From NCBI GenBank assembly GCA_030432025.1, contig JAUIIA010000002.1:207276-271275 (forward strand): 64,000 bases of DNA, written 5' to 3'. The stretch's first letter is position 1, and every line of letters starts with the position of its first letter. Of this stretch, positions 60,657 to 64,000 are shown piece after piece. This DNA comes from Alphaproteobacteria bacterium. Lineage in GTDB: Bacteria; Pseudomonadota; Alphaproteobacteria; Micavibrionales; Micavibrionaceae. Both the position numbers and the translations under genes were made by a program. The notes under the pieces were generated by a model, which did no database searches, was not told the DNA's origin, and saw only the letters and a program-made list of their open reading frames with translations.

Positions 60657-61244
60657 TTATGATACTTCTTTTAAACTGATGTTTTCGTTGGCGCTTGAGC
60701 CCATTGAGACTTTCAAACGTTCCAACTTACGGCGTACGGAATCATCAATCATGTGTGATCCGACGGTAACGATAATACCGCCAAGAATGCTAGGCTCGAC
60801 ACGGGCGTTGATCGCCACATCCTTACCGATAGCCTTTGACAGTGCATCTTCCAGCGCTTTTTGCTGCTTGGCGCTCATATCCTGTGCGACTTGAACATCG
60901 ACAGTAATCGCACCGCGGCGCTTATCCATGGCTGTGTTTACAGCCTTGATAATACCCGGCAACAGCTCCAAACGGCCGTTCTGGGCGACAACACCGAGAA
61001 AACTTTGTGTGATTTCAGCAAATTTGGCTTTGCCAGCAATAGCCACAATAGCGTCCATCTGCGTCTTGGGATCATTAAGCGGGGATTCGATAAGGAATTT
61101 AAGATCTTCGGAACCGTCAATCATCGCGGACAATTCGCCGAGGTCCTTTTCAACGTCTTTAAGAACCTTTTTCTCTTCCGCCAATTCGATTAAAGCATTG
61201 GCATAACGACTAAATATTACTGATGATTGCCCCGAGGTCGACAC
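60657..61244 (-). CDS. atpH: F0F1 ATP synthase subunit delta (OSCP)
   Basis: RYANALIELAEE N-terminus and C-terminal GGIIVTVGSHMIDDSVRRKL; first gene of the atpHAGDC order. Confidence 0.9.
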   Translation of the reverse strand: MSTSGQSSVIFSRYANALIELAEEKKVLKDVEKDLGELSAMIDGSEDLKFLIESPLNDPKTQMDAIVAIAGKAKFAEITQSFLGVVAQNGRLELLPGIIKAVNTAMDKRRGAITVDVQVAQDMSAKQQKALEDALSKAIGKDVAINARVEPSILGGIIVTVGSHMIDDSVRRKLERLKVSMGSSANENISLKEVS

Positions 61245-61494
61245 GTCTTTCTAAACTCCTTCTTTACAACTGTTGGCGTGGATTTAGCACAGGGAAACAC
61301 CCGTGACAAGCCCCTTATAACACTTAATGAGTGCGTTTTTTGACGTTTTCGCCTTTGCTGTAAACTTCATAAAAACCACATTCCGCAGAATCCTGATGAT
61401 AAATGTCTGAAATTGCACATATAGCCACCTGACAGCCGACGATCTTTCATGCTAAACCTGACAACAGATAATACGCCGTCACGACAGGACTTTT

Positions 61495-62973
61495 ATGAAC
61501 GCCACCTCACTCTCTCGCTCCCTGACCGAACGAAAAAGCATTCTGGCGATCTTTATCCTGATCATTCTTGAAGGTTATGTCGTTCTATCCTCCGAATTGC
61601 TCGCGATTCGCCTCAGCATCCCCTTCGTCGGCAGCGGAACGGACACTGTCTCTGTCATCATCGCCGCCGTGCTTATGCCTCTGGCTTTTGGTTATTATTA
61701 CGGCGGGCGTTTCAAACCCGGCATACATTTCGATGTGTTTTCCTGGGGCGAGCGATATATCGGAATACGGGAAAAGCTGATCCGCAACATGATCATAGCG
61801 CTCGTCTTTCTGCTTTTCGCCATCAGCTACGCGTTCTTGCGCCTTATGTTCGTACAGACATTTACATTGGGCCTGACACACCGCGTGTTAGTCACAGCCA
61901 TATACTCGGCTATTTTCATCGCCCCGCCAGTATATCTGCTGGGTCAAACGATCCCGCTGGCGTGCAACTTCTTCACGCAGGAAAAACTATCGCAAATCAC
62001 GGGAAAGATTCTGTTCTTCTCTACGCTCGGCTCATTCCTTGGCGCTGTATTCTCTACAATTGTCCTGATGTCCACAATCGGTGTTCATCACACGGCCGCA
62101 CTGAACTTCATTATACTGGCACTGCTCATCGCCATGCTCAGCAAACCAAGCGCCTACATGCGCACAACAATGGTATTCTTGCTGGCGATCGCCGGTGTCG
62201 TGTTCAACTCCGACATCGCCCTGCGCAGTTACAAAATTGTGGCCAACAACCAGTACAACACCATTTCGGTATTACACAGCAAAGGCGAACGTCACCTGTT
62301 TATCAACGGTAACTATTCATCCAAATTCAGTGATGATGCGCGCAAATACCCCTATATCGAATTCATCGAAAAAATCGCGATCACACCGACGCTGGAACAA
62401 AACATGGATCCCAAGGATATCCTCATTCTGGGTGCGGGCGCCTTCACCATCGGTTCCGAGGACACGCAAAACCACTATGATTTTGTCGATATTGATAAGG
62501 ATTTGAAGGATATCGCCGAAAAACATATCCTGAAAAGGACGATCGGCCCAAACAAGGAATTCCACGCCATGCCCGCACGTGCATTCCTGACTGAAACCGA
62601 CAAGAAATATGATGTCATTGTACTGGATGCCTATTCAGGTGCCCTGACCGTGCCAGAGCACCTCATCACTATCGAATTTTTTGAAGCCGTGAAAAGCCGC
62701 CTGAAGCCAGACGGACGCGTAGTCGCCAACATGGCACTTTCCCCCGGCTATCTTTCAAAAATCAGCCGCAGGGTTGATAACACCTTCCGCGCCGTATTCC
62801 CGCACATCTCCCGCCACGTCATCCGTGACACTTACGGCTTATGGGATGCAGACGATTCCCGAATCGCGAATGTCATGTATATTTACCGCCAGAAAGAAGA
62901 CGAAGACACCAGCGCGGTTTACAGCGACATCAAGAACACGGCCTTTATCGACCGCCCCCGTCACAGGCCATAA
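61495..62973 (+). CDS. Membrane-fused spermidine synthase-like (SAM-methyltransferase fold) protein
   Basis: About 7 N-terminal TM segments followed by ILILGAGAFTIG (GxGxG) and DVIVLDAYSG motifs of the spermidine synthase fold; 492 aa. Confidence 0.7.
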   Translation: MNATSLSRSLTERKSILAIFILIILEGYVVLSSELLAIRLSIPFVGSGTDTVSVIIAAVLMPLAFGYYYGGRFKPGIHFDVFSWGERYIGIREKLIRNMIIALVFLLFAISYAFLRLMFVQTFTLGLTHRVLVTAIYSAIFIAPPVYLLGQTIPLACNFFTQEKLSQITGKILFFSTLGSFLGAVFSTIVLMSTIGVHHTAALNFIILALLIAMLSKPSAYMRTTMVFLLAIAGVVFNSDIALRSYKIVANNQYNTISVLHSKGERHLFINGNYSSKFSDDARKYPYIEFIEKIAITPTLEQNMDPKDILILGAGAFTIGSEDTQNHYDFVDIDKDLKDIAEKHILKRTIGPNKEFHAMPARAFLTETDKKYDVIVLDAYSGALTVPEHLITIEFFEAVKSRLKPDGRVVANMALSPGYLSKISRRVDNTFRAVFPHISRHVIRDTYGLWDADDSRIANVMYIYRQKEDEDTSAVYSDIKNTAFIDRPRHRP

Positions 62974-62993
62974 AGCCAACGTCCGTTAGTTTC

Positions 62994-63842
62994 CTATACA
63001 ATCTTGAAGAAGAATTCCTGCAAGGCCTGAAACGCGAATAACCGCGCCTCGAATGGCACAAAGCGTTCAGGCTGCGTCAATACAACGATGATACGCAGAA
63101 CAATCAGGTGAACCACATAAATTTCCAGCGTGTAACGGCCCGTAAACTGCACCAGATGTAGCGGGAAGAACTTCTTGGGCGTCCAGCCTTCGAATTCGTG
63201 CCTATCAAAACGGTGTAGAATAACCTGCAAAACAGCCATACCGATCACCAGCGTCACAAACTGTATCTGGCTCAGCTGCGGCATTAACAAGCCCTGCACC
63301 AGCACATATGCAAACAGGCACGCGGCATGAAACATCAACAACATCCAGCGCGGGGCCAGCACCTTATCGCGGTTGCGGCAAATCGCCCCCATCAGGGTAA
63401 ACAACATGCCCAGCGTCCCGTATTCGGTAAAAATCAGCGTTGGGCCACTCAGCAAGAACAAGAAGAAAAACATCCCCGCAAACGCCTCGCGGTTTCTCAA
63501 AGCCCGCTGATACAACCAATCGGCAACCATCCGCGCCATAATCAGCGTAAACAGGATATTGACCGGAAACAGGTATTCCCCCGCCGCCACGGTCGACAAC
63601 ATGACCAAAACCGCCGCGATCCAGAATAACCGAGGCACATCGCGGGTGGTGGAAAACCCGATCAGGAAAAACCAGATCGGCACACTGAAACGCCCGACCA
63701 CCCGAAACCACATCATCTCGGGATAAAAGAAATACCCGATATGGTCGACGATCATGAAAATGATTGCGAGCGTCTTCAGCAGGTCATAAGACGTAAGCCC
63801 TGCAGGAAAGGATTTGCTTTTATTAAGAATTGAATACACCAT
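62994..63842 (-). CDS. Polytopic membrane protein, TraX-like (tentative)
   Basis: LLKTLAIIFMIVDHIGYFF near the N-terminus resembles the TraX-family signature; ~8 TM segments; 282 aa. Confidence 0.45.
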   Translation of the reverse strand: MVYSILNKSKSFPAGLTSYDLLKTLAIIFMIVDHIGYFFYPEMMWFRVVGRFSVPIWFFLIGFSTTRDVPRLFWIAAVLVMLSTVAAGEYLFPVNILFTLIMARMVADWLYQRALRNREAFAGMFFFLFLLSGPTLIFTEYGTLGMLFTLMGAICRNRDKVLAPRWMLLMFHAACLFAYVLVQGLLMPQLSQIQFVTLVIGMAVLQVILHRFDRHEFEGWTPKKFFPLHLVQFTGRYTLEIYVVHLIVLRIIVVLTQPERFVPFEARLFAFQALQEFFFKIV

Positions 63843-63900
63843 GAAAAGCGACTGTGTGAGTTGCCAAGAACGAAATCAACAAAATCAAGTATACCTGAAT

Positions 63901-64000
63901 ATGAAGAAAACGCTGCCCGTCTTTTTGCTTTTTGTCATCATTGTACTCGAAGGCTATGTTGTCCTGTCTTCCGAACTCCTCGCTATCCGCCAGACCATAC
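63901..64000 (+). CDS. Paralogous membrane spermidine synthase-like protein, N-terminal fragment (continues beyond the window)
   Basis: MKKTLPVFLLFVIIVLEGYVVLSSELLAIRQTI aligns with residues ~16-48 of the 61495 gene product (ILEGYVVLSSELLAIR is identical). Confidence 0.6.
   Translation, partial: MKKTLPVFLLFVIIVLEGYVVLSSELLAIRQTI

Overview
A 64-kb chromosomal window, probably alphaproteobacterial. Supporting this are a class I lysyl-tRNA synthetase, an atpHAGDC F1 operon, a bactofilin, a DUF481 outer-membrane protein and a Bfr/Bfd locus. Hand counts give roughly 50-60% G+C in coding regions. Most of the window is housekeeping: dnaJ, dapB, an Ada/Ogt-type methyltransferase, nth, uvrC, tRNA-Leu(UAA), an SDR, map, radC, purB, bfr, a cyclophilin, an Asp racemase, PhzF, an alpha-glucosidase, cspA, uvrB, class I LysRS, MscS, a DinG-family helicase, pabB/pabA, a LOG protein and the F1 ATP synthase genes. 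Many orphan secreted or membrane proteins are interspersed. I saw no rRNA, CRISPR array, integrase or transposase. The best candidate for an undescribed system is a ~1.7-kb AT-rich (~36% G+C) islet directly downstream of uvrB (34422-36252, minus strand). It has three translationally coupled genes: a GHKL ATPase with RsbW/SpoIIAB-like motifs, a STAS-like (DUF4325-type) protein and a small single-pass membrane protein. No sigma factor, phosphatase or mobility gene accompanies them. The second oddity is the F1 ATP synthase operon, which is interrupted by three small acidic ORFs, two of them joined to atp genes by TAATG stop/start overlaps: one lies between atpG and atpD, and two lie between atpD and atpC (one with an amphi-Trp-like motif). 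Other observations: a 27-nt duplication of the tRNA-Leu 3' end 88 bp downstream (att-like scar), a Lys/Ala-rich histone-H1-like gene with 81-bp tandem repeats, a membrane-anchored protein with four 21-residue repeats, a 550-aa orphan with an HExxH motif, a protein-glutaminase-like Cys-His-Asp protein, tandem Bfd-like genes, and paralogous membrane spermidine-synthase-like genes. All functional calls come from reading motifs by eye. No database search was run.
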